In this document: positions 45,732 to 61,029 of the stretch, piece by piece
Layout: each line of letters starts with the position of its first letter
Numbering within the stretch: the first letter of the stretch is position 1
Assembly (NCBI GenBank): GCA_964016885.1
Contig: OZ024762.1
Span: forward strand, 19,096,001-19,160,000
Direction of reading: 5' to 3'
DNA length: 64,000 nucleotides
DNA from: Eledone cirrhosa
Lineage: Eukaryota
Notes under the pieces: generated by a model
Databases searched by the model: none
What the model saw: only the letters and a program-made list of their open reading frames with translations
What the model was told of the DNA's origin: nothing
Program-made: the position numbers and the translations under genes

Positions 45732-46765
45732 GTATAGATGTGTATATATATACATATGTATAGATGTGTATATATATACATATCTATAGATGTGTATATA
45801 TATATACATATCTATAGATGTGTATATATATATACATATCTATAGATGTGTATATATATATACACATGTATAGATGTATATATATATATACATATGTATA
45901 GATGTGTATGTATATATATATATATATATATACATATGTATAGATGTGTATGTATATATATATATATATATATATACATATGTATAGATGTGTATGTATA
46001 TATATATATATATACACATATGTATAGATGTGTATATATATATATACACATATGTATAGATGTGTATATATATATATACACATATGTATAGATGTGTATA
46101 TATATATATATATACATATATGTATAGATGTGTATATATATATATATATATATACACATATATATAGATGTGTATATATATATATATATACACATATGTA
46201 TAGATGTGTATATATATATATATATACACATATGTATAGATGTGTATATATATATATATACACATATGTATAGATGTGTATATATATATATATATATACA
46301 CATATGTATAGATGTGTATATATATATATATATACACATATGTATAGATGTGTATATATATATATATATATATACACATATGTATAGATGTGTATATATA
46401 TATATATATACACATATGTATAGATGTGTATATATATATATATATACACATATGTATAGATGTGTATATATATATATATACACATATGTATAGATGTGTA
46501 TATATATATATATATACACATATGTATAGATGTGTATATATATATATATATACACATATGTATAGATGTGTATATATATATATATATACACATATGTATA
46601 GATGTGTATATATATATATATATACACATATGTATAGATGTGTATATATATATATATATACACATATGTATAGATGTGTATATATATATATATATATACA
46701 CATATGTATAGATGTGTATATATATATATATATACACATATGTATAGATGTGTATATATATATAT
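45683..46765. repeat. Minisatellite CACATATGTATAGATGTG(TA)n
   Basis: Direct inspection, ~30-36-bp period. Confidence 0.93.
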
Positions 46766-46926
46766 GTGTGTGTGTATTTATATATATATATATGTAATTA
46801 TAGATATATTTATATATATATATATATATTTATATATATTTATATATATTTATATATATATATTTATTTATATATATATATTTATTTATATATATATATT
46901 TATTTATATATATATATTTATTTATT

Positions 46927-46957
<31 letters not shown>

Positions 46958-47265
46958 GGGAAGTGGGACAGACATACGTGTATATATATATATATATATA
47001 TATATATCTGTGTGTGTTCGTATGTGTATGTAAACATGTGTGTATGTATAATAATGTAGTATTAAACTCATGCTTCAAGAAATCAATACTTTCTTTTATT
47101 TTTAATTATTTAATATTTTTCTTTATCAATTTCATTGCACTCACAAATATGGAAGCCTGAACTTAGTTCACCGAATTGCTACAACTGTTATTGTCATATT
47201 GAAAGGCTGTGTAACAAATATCCATTTTAGCATTTAACCTACGGAAATGAAGTGCTAAAGATGTC

Positions 47266-47305
<40 letters not shown>

Positions 47306-47966
47306 AAATAGAATAACAAGGACGATTGGTTACTCCTTCATTACATTTATTGGTTGGTGACGCGCGTTTCGCCACTGATCAGCTCAACGTTCGATCTGTA
47401 TCGATCTTACCCGACTCTATAATCTGCGGCTCGACGGATCCCTTGAAATGCTAGTAGAAAATATGTATATATGTAGTAGTAGTAGTAGTAATAATGATTT
47501 CTTTATTAACCACAAGGGTAGACGTGCAGGACAATACAGGACGGTACAAATGGGCATTTCTGCGTGTAAAGAACAAAAACAGAGGATGTAACAAAAAAAA
47601 AACAATGAAAAATTCCCCAATAGGGGGGAGACTTCGGAGGGATATTTGTGGAGAAAGCCCAGTAAAAGGCCACAGTGACCCTGACCTCCAAGGCAAGTGC
47701 CCTCTCCCAGTTTTCCACCTTTAATTTACAGATACGTACTTAGAGTAGGCCCATTCACTCGGACCATTCTTGCTTCTCTCACCCATCTTTCAACAAAATG
47801 CTGGGAAGTAGTAATAATAATAATAGTAATAATAATAAATTTGAAGACTAAAATCCAAAGAGGGCTCGATAAGGATAAATATATATCAAATATATAAGAA
47901 CCGTAGAGTTTCAGAAGATCCCGTTAAGAGTGAAAGCAGCGATTCTTTGCTTAAACTTTAAATTGT

Positions 47967-47997
<31 letters not shown>

Positions 47998-49303
47998 GTA
48001 TATATGTTTTCTTTCTCTTAATTTCGAGTACATTTTTCACCGGCTCCCTTCCTGGTGGCAAGGTTGTAAAAGAAAAGAAATTGTCATCGCTTGAATCGCA
48101 ATGTTTTGTAAATTTTGAAGGTGCCAGATATCGCAGCCATTTGCAGTCTATGAATTAGGGGACTGCACTCTTTGTCCACAAATCCAAGTTTAGTCATACT
48201 TTGGTCCAAGCGGGTTGGTATATAACATGTATCTTCAACAATAATAATACGTGTGTTCTTCTGGTTTTATAATTTTATAAGTTTTTACTAATACAGAGAG
48301 AGAGAGAGTCGGTTTCTGACATAGATATATACTATTGTATTGTTGTGGTAAAGGCTTTATCTCACATAATTATATCGAATCTATGAGATTTTGTTGTTAT
48401 TTATTTTGAAATAAATACCTTAACATCAGTATAAGGGGCCAGGTACTGCTGGTTTGAATAGAAAGAGGTGAGAGAATTCTGGCCGGTTTAAATGCTAAAG
48501 GGTTAAAAGAAAAATTGAAAATGTGGTTTTATTCGAAATATTGTAAGTGTAGAACCCTGACTTCCGAGATAGTGTTTGTCTTGGTTACTTTACTGTTGGA
48601 GTCGTAGTTTACGGCGTTTCTTGATCCGGCGTTTCTTGATCCGGCGTTCTTTGATCCTGGCGAAGTTATCACAGGTTCTTTCCCATGAATATTTGAACAT
48701 ACTGTTGACCACAGCATGTGTAATTCTATATTTAACTTTATGAAGTAAGTTTATTTATCGTGTCGAATATTACATGCGACACTTTTATGGTAAATGATGC
48801 TAAACGTCATATAGCACTCATAAAATATTCAAATTTAGTTAAATTAAACTATAAATACTTTCCAGTCACAGAAAATATCAAACAACGTTTCATTGCACCT
48901 GCGCCAAAGTGTTGAGCAATTCTAAAACTACTTTATAATAATCCATAGAATTGTTGAATCACATTTGATGCATTTCAACATGGTTGACTATAAAGACTGC
49001 TTTTAACAGTTTTCGCTCATTTCTTATTCATTGAAATTATTTAATGTATTCTAAATATCATGTGTTATATTTTAGCAAAAGGCGACGAATTGTCAGAGTC
49101 GTTAGAACGTCGGATAGAATGTTTTATGGTATTTGTTCCGGCCCACGGCTCTCTGTGTTCAAATCCCATCGAGGTCAACTTTGCTTTTCATTCTTTAGAG
49201 GTCGATAAAAAATGTATCAGTCTAGTACTGGGATCGATTCTTCCTCTATATATATCTTTCTCACTTTCTGTCTTTCTCTGGAGGAAATCTGCTGTACTCA
49301 GTT

Positions 49304-49421
49304 CTGGAGAGGGATGGGCTCCACCAGGTCAGACCTGGAGAAGGATGGGCTCCACCAGGTCAGACCTGGAGAGGGATGGGCTCCACCAGGTCAGACCTGG
49401 AGAGGGATGGGCTCCACCAGG
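49304..49421. repeat. 30-bp tandem repeat (~4 units) within a dispersed repeat
   Basis: CTGGAGAGGGATGGGCTCCACCAGGTCAGAC-type unit; family also near 33320, 49700 (minus) and 6750 (minus). Confidence 0.85.
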
Positions 49422-50447
49422 CTTAAAATGCCCCAAAAGCGTCATAAGGTATTGTCATGCTAGATATAATAATAATAATAATAATGAAATTATTGTGTAC
49501 AGTACTCAGGTGCACTACAACTCATCAAAGGTGAATGTAGCGAAGTCTACTTTATCTTTCATTCTTCCGATGTCAATAAATAAAATATTAATCCAATACT
49601 GGACTGACACTTTATTGTTTGCATGTTTGGTCCCTTATTTCCCGAGGGAACCGTAGGGGCGCCGTATTGACATACAGCGTATCATGGACATTTTAAAACA
49701 AGTCGCAACCCATCTCCTCTCCACGTCTGAATACAGCAGATTTCTTCGAAAGAACGATAGTGAGAGAATGAGAGAATGGACGTGAGAAAAAGATATAGAG
49801 GAAAAATCGACCCCAGTACTAGACTGATACTTTTTTTATCGACCTTTTATGTCAGGTCACTCTTGAGTGTTACTGGTAGCATGTAACCCAGTAGAACCTG
49901 TCGCATGGTCGGGTCGTCGGTGACTAAACCAGCAACCCCACCAAGTTTACTTGGTGGGAATGGTGATTTTGGACACACTGCAGGACAAAAAACAAAATAT
50001 GACAAAGGGCGGAAGAACTCATGAGAGTCAACGGCCATCTAGAAAAAAAAAAAAAAAAAAAAAAGAAATCCTGCCAAATCAATGGTGGCAGTAGTTCCAG
50101 CTGCACGCATCGAAAGACTGGTGTAGTGGTTCTGAGAACAATGCGGCTTTGCAGATGATCAATGCAAATTGACAATGGAAAGATGCCCCCGGTCGAGTTA
50201 GTAGAGAACTATTGACCTTCAGGAGAAGCAGCGACCCCTGATTGTATTCAGCAACCGAAACAAATATGAAGTACACCAAATCCAATGCACCTAGGGGCGG
50301 CCCTAGTTGAAAGCTGAAACGAATACTACAAAGCATTCCATCCGGCGTTCTAGTGGCTCTGTCAATTTTCCGCCTGTACTTTATTTATCGACCTTGAAAG
50401 ACAAAGATGAACACCGAAGGTATGAAGCAGATAAATACAGAAACATT

Positions 50448-50755
50448 TCCGAGGTTAACTTTGCCTTTCATCCTTACGGGGTCGATAAAATAAAGTACCA
50501 GTAATGCACTGGGTAATTGCTGGCCTTGTGCCTAAAGTAGAAACAATTATTATTTCGACGTTAAGGTGGGTGGGTTGGCAGTATCGGTAAAGAGTCGGAC
50601 GCCATGCTTTGACGCATAGTTACGGCCCTTGCCATTCTGAGTTCAAATCCCGCCGAGGTTAACTTTGCCTTTCATCCTTACGAGATCGATAAAATAAAGT
50701 AGCAGTAATGCACTGGGGTTATTGCTGGCCTTGTGCCAAAAGTAGAAACAATTAT
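50448..50755 (+). mobile_element. Two S1 SINE copies
   Basis: S1 motifs; further plus-strand copies at 44760-44930, 49080-49240, 52806-52926. Confidence 0.85.
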
Positions 50756-51329
50756 TTCGACGCTCATACGACTCTGATAATCCAGCAAACTTCCTTATAA
50801 CAAATAAGAATAATTTCTAATTTTGGCACAAGGCCAGCAATATAAAGTATATATAAATCGATTTATAGATCTCTCGCCTCCAGTACTTATTTTATTGACC
50901 TCGAAATGATGAAAAGCAAAGTTGACCTGCGAGATATTTGAACATAAAAGTAATAGAACAAATACCAAGTATTAGTCCGATGTACTCCTGACTCTGCCGC
51001 TCCACCGCCCTTGTCACTCCACCCACACTCCTCCCGCTCCACACCCCTCCCGCTCCCCCAACCTTGCCACACCACCGCCCCTCCCTCTCCACCCTCTCTC
51101 ACTCCACCCCCTCTCCCACTCCACCCCCTCTCCCACTCCACCCCCTCTCCCACTCCACTGTCCCCTCACGTTCCACCCCTACCACTCCACCGCCTTTCCC
51201 GCCCCACCGTCCCTACCTTATAACAATAATTATAACATTAAGGTCATATATTAGATTTACTTTTAAAATATGCCTTGGGTTCTGTCAAAATAATCCGTTG
51301 ATAATATTTTCTAAAATACCAACATGTTG

Positions 51330-52365
51330 AGAGAATAGAGAGAGAGGGGGATAGTATAGAGAGAGGGGTAGAGAATAGAGAGAGAGAAAGGGAGAGAATA
51401 GAGGGAGGGAGAGAGAAAGAGAGCAGAGGTGAGGGCGAGAGAACAGCGAGAAAGAGAACAAAGTGAAAGAGGAGAGAGAACAGAGAAAGAGAACAGAGAG
51501 TGAAAGAGGAGAGAACAGAGAGAGAGTGAACAGAGAGAGAGAGAACACAGAGAGAGAGAGAACAGAGAGAGAGAGAGAACAGAGAGAGAGAGAACAGAGA
51601 GAGAGAGAACAGAGAGAGAGAGAACAGAGAGAGAGAGAACAGAGAGAGAGAGAACAGAGAGAGAGAGAACAGAGAGAGAGAGAACAGAGAGAGTGAAAGA
51701 GGAGAGAACAGAGAGAGAGAACAGAGAGAGGAGAAAACAGAGAGAAAGAGGAGAGAACAGAGAGAGAGAACAGAGAGAGAGAACAGAGAGAGGAGAAAAC
51801 AGAGAGAGAGAACAGAGAGAGGAGAAAACAGAGAGAAAGAGGAGAGAACAGAGAGAGAGAACAGAGAGAGAGAACAGAGAGAGGAGAAAACAGAGAGAGA
51901 GAACAGAGAGAGGAGAAAACAGAGAGAAAGAGGAGAGAACAGAGAGAGAGAACAGAGAGAGAGAACAGAGAGAGAGAACAGAGAGATGAGAAAACAGAGA
52001 GAGAGAACAGAGAGAGGAGAAAACAGAGAGAAAGAGGAGAAAACAGAGTGATAGAGGAGAGAGGAGAGAACAGTGATAGTGAGAGAGTGAGAAAACAGAG
52101 TGATAGAGGAGAGAACAGAGTGATAGAGGAGAGAGGAGAGAACAGTGATAGTGAGAGAGTGAGAAAACAGAGTGATAGAGGAGAGAACAGAGTGATAGAG
52201 GAGAGAACAGAGTGATAGAGGAGAGAGGAGAGAACAGTGATAGTGAGAGAGGAGAGAACAGAGTGATAGTGAGAGAGTGAGAGAACAGAGTGATAGTGAG
52301 AGAGTGAGAGAACAGAGTGATAGAGGAGAGAGTGAGAGAGGAGAGAACAGGGAGAGAGATAGAAA
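51330..52365. repeat. GA-rich compound repeat (GAGAACAGAGAGA-type)
   Basis: Direct inspection. Confidence 0.95.
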
Positions 52366-52661
52366 AGAAAAAAGGAAAGTTTATATAAAATCTTTATAAA
52401 AATGTTATTGGATATTCTCTTTCCCTTCCTGGAGGGATTAGGTAAATCGATGTTTCGAGGGGGGAGGGGGGGATCACTTTTTTCATATTTTTATCTTGAA
52501 TACATTCAATGTCATATTTTATGAGGTTGTTGTTGTTGGTGTTGTTATTATTGTTGTTGTTGTTGTTTTCCTGTATATTTCGCTTTTGTACCATTCCAAA
52601 ACTTCTTGGACCCTTGTGGCCATTAAAAGAGATGATTATCTATTACTGTTATTATAAGTAT

Positions 52662-52696
<35 letters not shown>

Positions 52697-52994
52697 TTGT
52701 TGTTATTCTTGTGGTGTTGCTGTATTCGTTTTTTTTTTTGTTTTTTGTTTTTTTTGCTGTCATCATCATCATCATCATCATCATCATTATTATTGGGATT
52801 TGAAGCCATTCTGAGTTCAAATCCCGCCGAGGTTAACTTTGTCTTTCATCCTTACGGGGTCGATAAAATAAAGTACCAGTAATACACTGGGTTATTGCTG
52901 GCCTTGTGCCTAAAGTAGAAACAATTATTATTTCAAAACGCCAAATTCTAAATAAATAATAAAAAAAGACATACATACAAACCACGAAACCCTG

Positions 52995-53455
52995 GAACCA
53001 GCTAAGTAACCAGCCAACCAACCGACTGACCGACCAGCCAACCAACAAGCTAACCAACACCAGCCAGCCATCCAACCAACCGGCCGGCCAGCCAGCCATT
53101 CAACCAGCCAACAAGCAAACCATTCAACTAACCAGCCATCCAACCAGCTAACCAACTAACCAGCCAACTAACCACCCAACTAACCAGCCAACTAACCAAC
53201 CCCCCAACCAGCCAACTAACCAACCCCCCAACCAGCCAACTAACCAACCCTCCCAGCCAGCCAACTAACCAACCAACCAGCCAGCCAACTAACCAACCAA
53301 CTAACCATCCATCCAACCGGCCAACCAACCAACCAACCAACCAGCTAACCGACCAACCAACCAACCAGCCAACTAACCAACCACCCACCCAGCCAGCCAG
53401 CCAGTCATTCAACCAACCAACCAACCAAACAACCAGCCATCCAGCCAGCCAACCA
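52995..53455. repeat. (AACC/AGCC)n tract
   Basis: Direct inspection. Confidence 0.93.
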
Positions 53456-53821
53456 TTCTTTAGTGCAAGTTTTTGTGAAGGATGATAAAAAATGTTCTTC
53501 ATTTAGCGTGCTGTTTGTTAAGATTGTTCTAAGAACAATGGCCGAAGTGATGGGAAAAATAATATAACAATATTATTGGTTTCTAGCAGAGCCACGGGAG
53601 GGCGTGGAAGTAGCTATTGTCAGGGAGTAGGGAGGGGTTTTTTTCCCCATTATATCGACTCCCAGTTCTTTGACGGGAACGCAAAGAAATCTTATTTCCT
53701 GCTGGAGTCGTACAGGCGCCATGATGACACTGTATAACCTGGATATTTTATATCTGACGGAGTCCATCACCCTCTCCAGGTCTAGATATTTCTTTTAGAG
53801 GGTGAGGTGGAGAGCATGAGA

Positions 53822-54028
53822 TATGGGGGTCGGCTGAAAACTTCCTAGGCTGACCAAGATACTCTCATGGAATGATCAAATGAGGTTTATTTTGCAACAT
53901 AGTCCCTGGAAGGAACTATTATTAATAACTATGCAGCTATTAAGAAGAGTTGAAATTAGTACATGTAAGATTTCATAGCTCTAGCATCACTTTCATAGTC
54001 AGCCTATGAACTTTAAAGCCCTCCCCCT

Positions 54029-54032
<4 letters not shown>
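53822..54032. mobile_element. Tc1/mariner-type MITE
   Basis: Imperfect TIRs: TATGGGGGTCGGCTGAAAACTTCCTAGGCTGAC and GTCAGCCTATGAACTTTAAAGCCCTCCCCCTCGTG. Confidence 0.75.
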
Positions 54033-54066
<34 letters not shown>

Positions 54067-54067
<1 letters not shown>

Positions 54068-54235
54068 CGGGGGTGTGGTAAGGAACCTGATGGACCATAA
54101 CGCACCAGAGTACTCAATACTTAGCGTAGTAGAGTGGGTAATAGGAAAAAGCTTGATCCCGACGGCAGAGCTCAAGCCGTCCAGAAATAGCCGTCGAAAC
54201 GGCTTGAGCTATGCCGTCGGAGGTCAAACTTTATC

Positions 54236-54237
<2 letters not shown>
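54067..54237. mobile_element. Family B fold-back element
   Basis: Tail plus inverted GACGGCAGAGCTCAAGCCGT / GAAACGGCTTGAGCTATGCCGTC; tail-only copy at 55117-55182. Confidence 0.85.
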
Positions 54238-54273
<36 letters not shown>

Positions 54274-54274
54274 C

Positions 54275-54328
<54 letters not shown>

Positions 54329-54329
54329 C

Positions 54330-54369
<40 letters not shown>

Positions 54370-54582
54370 CGACATCCAGAGTTGACATTGCACTCAGTGC
54401 TCCTTTGGGAGCCCCTACATGGACACACTAGAAGAGGAAGACCAAGGTTAACATATGTTGATGCCCTAAGGACAGACACTGGTCTGTTGGAGATGCAGGA
54501 TATGGCAGCGATAATGAGGGACAGAGACCGCTGGAGAGAACTCGTCCATGGATCTCGGGAATTTTACCCGCCTTAGATAGAT
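54370..54582 (+). mobile_element. RTE LINE 3' end
   Basis: HPELTLHSVLLWEPLHGHTRRGRPRLTYVDALRTDTG...DRDRWRELV; (TAGA)n tail. Confidence 0.85.
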
Positions 54583-55077
54583 AGATACACACATATATAG
54601 CATCCGAAACGTTAAGACCCTCTTCCTGCTATATCAAGCGTTAACCTAATATATCCCTTCCATATACTGTACCGATTGTGTTGTTATTTCTGTTTACCTT
54701 TTACATATATATATATACTGTATATTCACTGCCAATACTGGAATTGAAATATCAAGACCATAGCGGTATGTCATATATCAAATCATATATTTTATCTGAC
54801 GAGGACGTACTGGAAAAAAAAACACAGTACCTTCGAAATATATGCTTTATATAATTTTGGTATGCTTATATACATTTTTTCTTCTAACTTTGATTTTGTA
54901 CCTAATTGTGTTGATCGCAGATAGATAGCTATCGTTTATTTATCTATTGTTTCTTCATAGGTGCCTATTTAAACTTATAGCCTTGTTTAATTGATTTTTT
55001 TTGTGTGTGGTTGATTATTCTGATTGGGAGAAGAAATACTGTATATATTTTATCAAATGATTCTATGGACGTACTTT

Positions 55078-55118
<41 letters not shown>

Positions 55119-55477
55119 CGAAGGAAATGTGGTAAGGAACCAGGTGGACCATAACGCACCAAAGTACTCAATACTTGTTCCTATATATATATATATATAT
55201 GTGTGTGTATATAGGAAAATGCATGAAATCCTTGGTACAGTTAGGTATATTTTAAAAAAGAAAAAGAATGACTTCACTTGTAGTTCTAAATAATTTAATT
55301 TCATAATATTATCATTTTACAATTTGGTTTGCTAGATCTAGTAAGTTCTTTGTTAACTTCGGTGGGGAGATTTTTTTTAAAGATTCTTGGTTAACTTTCC
55401 TGGAGAACTTTCTCGCTTCCGCAAATCAGACATGATATGAAGGTTAAAAAACACTTGTGGATAGTGCAGATATATAT

Positions 55478-55770
55478 TGTTATACTTTGTGAGGGTCATG
55501 TTGCCAATAAAAACACACGCACCTGTTGATTTTCACTTCAATTTATTATAAGTTTCCGGTTGGTTGGTTGGTTCGATAACGGGAGGGTTGTTTATATATT
55601 GTCAAATCTCTTTCGTCACACATTCTGTGACCTCCTCAGTGACTAGATTTTCACTTTGTGTGTCTCTCTCCTTTGTTCTCTCCTACACCATCTTATCTTT
55701 GTCTTGTGTAGAACAATTTCTGTTTCAACACAGGCTTTCAGGTAAGAAATCTCGCATAACAAATTCAAAA
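55478..55770 (-). mobile_element. Family G element, second copy (HHR-like motif 55601-55643)
   Basis: Homologous to 13243-13558; core CTGAGGA. Confidence 0.78.
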
Positions 55771-56699
55771 ATATTTATATGTATATGTGTGCGTGTACAC
55801 CCCCACATATATATGAATATATATATTCATACATACATTTAGATACGTTTTTATATGCATAGTACACATACATACATACACACACATATATTTATGCGTA
55901 CACAAATGCATACTTATATATCTGCCTGTATATTCATATACATGTGTGTGTGTGTGTTATATATTTATATATATGCATGTATGTATATAGACATATACAT
56001 ATGTGTGTGTATATATGTATTACATATGCTCACGTATGTATATAGACATATACATGTGTGTATGTGTGCGTGTATTACATATTTATATATGCATGTATGT
56101 ATATAGACATACATAGGTGTGTATGTATGTGTGTATTACATACTTATATATATGCATGTATGTATATACACATATACATGTGTGTGTGTATTACATATTT
56201 ATATATGCATGTATGTATGTAGACATACATACGTGTATGTGTGTTACATATCTATATATAAATGCATGTATGTATATAGACATATATATATGCATGTATA
56301 TAGACATATATATATGCATGTATGTATATAGACATATATATATATGCATGAATGTATATAGACATATATATATATGCATGTATGTATATAGACATATATA
56401 TATATATATATTCATGTATGTATATAGACATATATATATATATATGCATGTATGTATATAGACATATATATATATATGCATGTATGTATATAGACATATA
56501 TATATATATATATGCATGTATGTATATAGACATATATATATATATGCATGTATGTATATAGACATATACATATGTGTATGCCTTACATATGTACATGAAT
56601 GTGTGTGTGTGTGGACACACACAACTACAGAAATCTAGAGGTAGACGGAGGAGCAGATAATTTCTGACTCCTTGTGACTTATATATACACACATATATA

Positions 56700-56754
<55 letters not shown>

Positions 56755-56963
56755 ATGATACCGTCAAATATTACTTGTACTAATGGAGATTGTAAAATTC
56801 AGTTGTTATATGGTGTTGTCCATTAGCTAATATTTTACCAACACAGCTTCTACTGTGGTATTATTTCACTGTCTGGCTTGGTAGCTTCTCTTGGAAAACC
56901 TATAGGAAATAAAATAATAGCAAATATATGTCAAAATATATACACCTACACACACATACACAC

Positions 56964-56997
<34 letters not shown>

Positions 56998-58499
56998 ATA
57001 TATGTGTGTGTGTGTGTGTGTGCGCGCATGTATATATATGTATATCTGCATATGTAATTGTTTAAATGTATGTATGTATGTCTGTATATATATATGTATA
57101 TATATAGGTATGTATGTATATATATAGGTATGTATGTATGTATGTATATATATATAGGTATGTATGTATGTATATATATATAGGTATGTATGTATGTATG
57201 TATATATATAGGTATGTATGTATGTATGTATATATATAGGTAGGTGTGTATGTATATATATATATGTATAAGTAGGTATGTATATATATATATAAGTAGG
57301 TATGTATATATATATATAAGTAGGTATGTATATATATATATATATATAAGTAGGTATGTATATATATATATATATATATAGGTATGTATATATATATATA
57401 TATATATATATAAGTAGGTATGTATATATATATATATATATAAGTAGGTATGTATATATATATATATAAGTAGGTATGTATATATATATATATAAGTAGG
57501 TATGTATATATATATATATATATATATAGGTATGTATGTATATATATAGGTATGTATGTATATATATAGGCATTATGTATATATATAGGTATGTATATAT
57601 ATATATATAGGTATTATGTATATATATAGGTATGTATATATATATATATAGGTATGTATGTATATATATAGGTATGTATGTATATATATAGGTATGTATA
57701 TATATATATATATCGGTATGTATATATATATATATATCGGTATGTATGTATATATATATAGGTATGTATGTATATATAGGTAGGTATGTATGTATGTATA
57801 TATAGGTAGGTATGTATGTATGTATATATAGGTAGGTAGGTATGTATGTATATATAGGTAGGTAGGTATGTATGTATGTATATATAGGTAGGTAGGTATG
57901 TATGTATGTATATATATAGGTAGGTATGTATGTATATATAGGTATGTATATATAGGTATGTATATATATGTGTGTGCCCACACTTATTCACACGCGTTTT
58001 AACAAGCGTATTACCTCGGGAATAAACAGAACAAATATATTGTTTTACTCTTAAGCACGCACCGGCTAATTCAGCTATGAATATGGATATATATTGAATA
58101 TTATATATTTATACAGGTGTATATGAATATATATTAAATATATATATACATTCAAACAAATGTGTATGAATATATATATATATGTAGATAAATCTACCAA
58201 AATATACGGTAGTGTCCAATCCGTATGAAGAACTCAATGTAATCCAAATATCATGAAAAGAGAAGATGCATTCAAAAATTTTCGATGAAAATCACAGGAA
58301 AACAGAGTCAAGATAAATTAATAAAAACAATGAATAAAAATAAAGAACAAGTTCCTTATATGAAAAATTTCATCATTTTACGATCGTTTCTAGGATATAT
58401 ATGTGTGTTGGTATGTATATCATATAGATCTATGTAAAAATATTACAAACTCTCAGAGGAAATATACATACCTTCACATACAGCATATATATGTGAAGT

Positions 58500-59232
58500 T
58501 CTCCAGAAGAGAGCAAACAGCTGATCTTCTTCGGCGCTCAGGAGCTCTCCGAGAATGTCATAGCTCTTCCCCTCCACTAGTTCTCTATAGAACGCCGAGG
58601 TGGATGTTCCACCGATACTGGTGCCCAGCTGGCAGAGGGTGGTGAGCGCCTGGAGACATTCCAGTTTCCAAGCGCTATCCCTCGGTCTTTTCCTGACCCA
58701 GGACTGCAGCTCCGTCAATGAGACGAGCTGTGGGAAAACGTGCCTGCCGAACGGCGACCACACATATTCACCGTCAAGGAAGCACCAGAGATGTCGCAGC
58801 CTGAGCGCATGTTTGCGCATCATCAGCCATGGCATGCCCAGTCCTCCATGCAACGGGTGTTGACAGCAGATGGATCGTCTGACCATGGGAGCGCGTCCCT
58901 TCCACAAAAAGCGGAAGAGGAGGCGCTCCATTTTGGTCAGAGTTGGGCCGGGGCAAGGGACGAGGGTGAGGCGGTAGCAGATGACGGATGTGATGTACGC
59001 ATTCGCCAGATCCGCCCGGCCTTTCAGAGACAGCTTCCTCTCGGCCCATTTCTGGGTGAGGGAGGCCACCCTGCTCGTCACCTCGCTCCAGTTTTTCTCC
59101 ATCTGGAGGTCCGGTCCGAACCAGACCCCGAACAATTTAACCGGTCCGTCCGTCCAATGCCCCACGACGCTGTCGGACGGCATGGACTTGCTTCTCCAGG
59201 TGCCTAGCTGCAAGCCCACCGACTTTTCCTGG
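58500..59232 (-). pseudogene. L1/Tx1-clade LINE ORF2 fragment (downstream of RT)
   Basis: VKLFGVWFGP...NWSEV...W.ERKLSLKGRA..AN.YI.S...YRL...LFRFLWKG...VRR.IC...GGLGMP. Confidence 0.92.
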
Positions 59233-59817
59233 TTTATCTTTGCAATAATAATAATAGTAATAAGTAAAGAAAAATGCTAATAAATAATATTTTACAAAAT
59301 GGTATTTCCTTCAAAACACAAAATAGTCTCGTTGTTCAAAAGATATTTTGTTGTTGGTGGTGTTGGTGTTAGTGGTGGTGTTGGTGGTGGTATTGGTGGT
59401 AGTGTTGGTGATGGTATTGGTGGTGGTGTTGGTGGTGGCATTGGCGTTTGTGTTGGTGCTGTTGGTGTTGATGTTGATGGTGTTGTTGCTGTTGGGTTTG
59501 TATTGTTTCTTAATCATAAAAACTAAGTCATGACTCATATTGTAAGTATTTACAATATTGTCTGGAAATTTAAAATAAATTTCCATATTTTCTTGACGAA
59601 AACAAAATGAAAGCACAAAGCCTACATCGTAAACAAACTCACTACAATTTGTACGTGTGTGTGTGTGGTGTGTGTACGTATGTGTGTGTTGATCGAAACC
59701 AAGACCACGTGTTTGTGAAGCGAATCTCTTAACCGCTCAGCTTTTACCTGCGTTCAATTTAACAGTGGAACTGACACAGTGTGATTCAGATATACATATA
59801 TATATATATATATATTA

Positions 59818-60297
59818 TGTCAGGTCACCAGTTGGTGCTACTGGTAACATGTATCCCAGTACAACCTGTCTCATGGTCGGGTCGTTGGCGACTAAACTGG
59901 CAACCCCACCAAGGTTTCTTGGTGGGGAGGGTGACTTTGGACATCCTGCAGGACTAAAAACAAAACCTGTCAAAGGGCAAAGGAGCTCTTAAGAGTCAAT
60001 GGCCATCCAAAATCACCGGGAGAGATGACCCCTTAGCCTTTGTCAAGGCAGAATTCTAGGAGAAGGAAAACTCTGATATAACACCTGCAACTCTGATGGT
60101 ATCCAATGATGTTGACTTGTTCTTCTTTTTGGTAAATATCATCTTGGTTAAGAGAGTGGGACTGGCTTTGTGCAGTGCCTTTGCTCACTATAAAAGCTTC
60201 ACGGCACAGGCATTGCTTTATATCTGGAGATCTCTGCATTTGTCGTCAGATGGTACCATGGGCCCAGCACTATGTGTCAATAATTGTCACAAGTGTA
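59818..60297 (+). mobile_element. Second copy of the 18549-19030 repeat
   Basis: Near-identical sequence. Confidence 0.85.
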
Positions 60298-60352
60298 ATA
60301 ATTGCTGGCCTTGTACCAAAAGTAGAAACAATTATTATTATTATCATATATA

Positions 60353-60487
60353 TATAGAAATGGCTTTTACAGGAATAGAATTGTTTCTTTCGAAGGAAAT
60401 CATCAGGCTTTTCTGGTTAAACATTGTATATACTCTATGCATTGAGTTCCTTACTTACTGTGGTTACCCCCGATCGAAACCGGGACG
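60353..60487. mobile_element. Family A variant: inverted HHR arm joined directly to tail
   Basis: Minus CTGATGA-TTTC cttc GAAA-GAAAC...CTGTA, then plus-strand tail TTGAGTTCCTTACTTACTGTGGTTACCCC. Confidence 0.75.
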
Positions 60488-61029
60488 GGCGGACGGACAC
60501 ACACACACACACACCCACGCACAAAATGTAAACAGAAACAACAAAGCAAGCGACACATTACAATGAAGAAATATATTAGTTTAAAACTTGATATATGAAA
60601 GCAGTCGTACGCTTTCAGATACTAGTCCTTCATCGGAAGATGGAATGAGATATAAAAAATTAAATAGAAAGTTAGAGATTAAGAAGAGGAAGGAACGGAA
60701 AAATGACAAAACACCTTTGTACTCAGTCAGCCATTTTGAAATATATTGTTGTTGCTGTTGCTACATGGTATTTCGTTTGCAAGAATATTATTGTTGCTAC
60801 ATGTTGGTGTCTGTGTTACATGTTGTTACTGTCCTTGTTACGTGGTATTTCGTTCTCGGGAATATCATATTAACGCCATACTATTCCTATATATTGTTAC
60901 TATCGTTCTACATGCTGTTGCTGCTACATGTTGTAGCTGTCGTTGCTACATGGTATTTCGTTCTCAAGCATTTTATTGTGGCTGCATGTTGTCGATGTTT
61001 TTGCTACATGTTACTGCCACTGCTACATT

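Noticed and set aside
48529-48717. Short ORF with 15-bp triplication (GSRNA repeats) as a host exon
   Set aside because: No recognisable homology, weak splice context, no partner exons.
54790-54850. CTGACGA...GTACTG/CAGTAC...GAAATATATG hammerhead-like motif
   Set aside because: Core and stem II plausible but G at the cleavage position and no stem I; at best a decayed relic.
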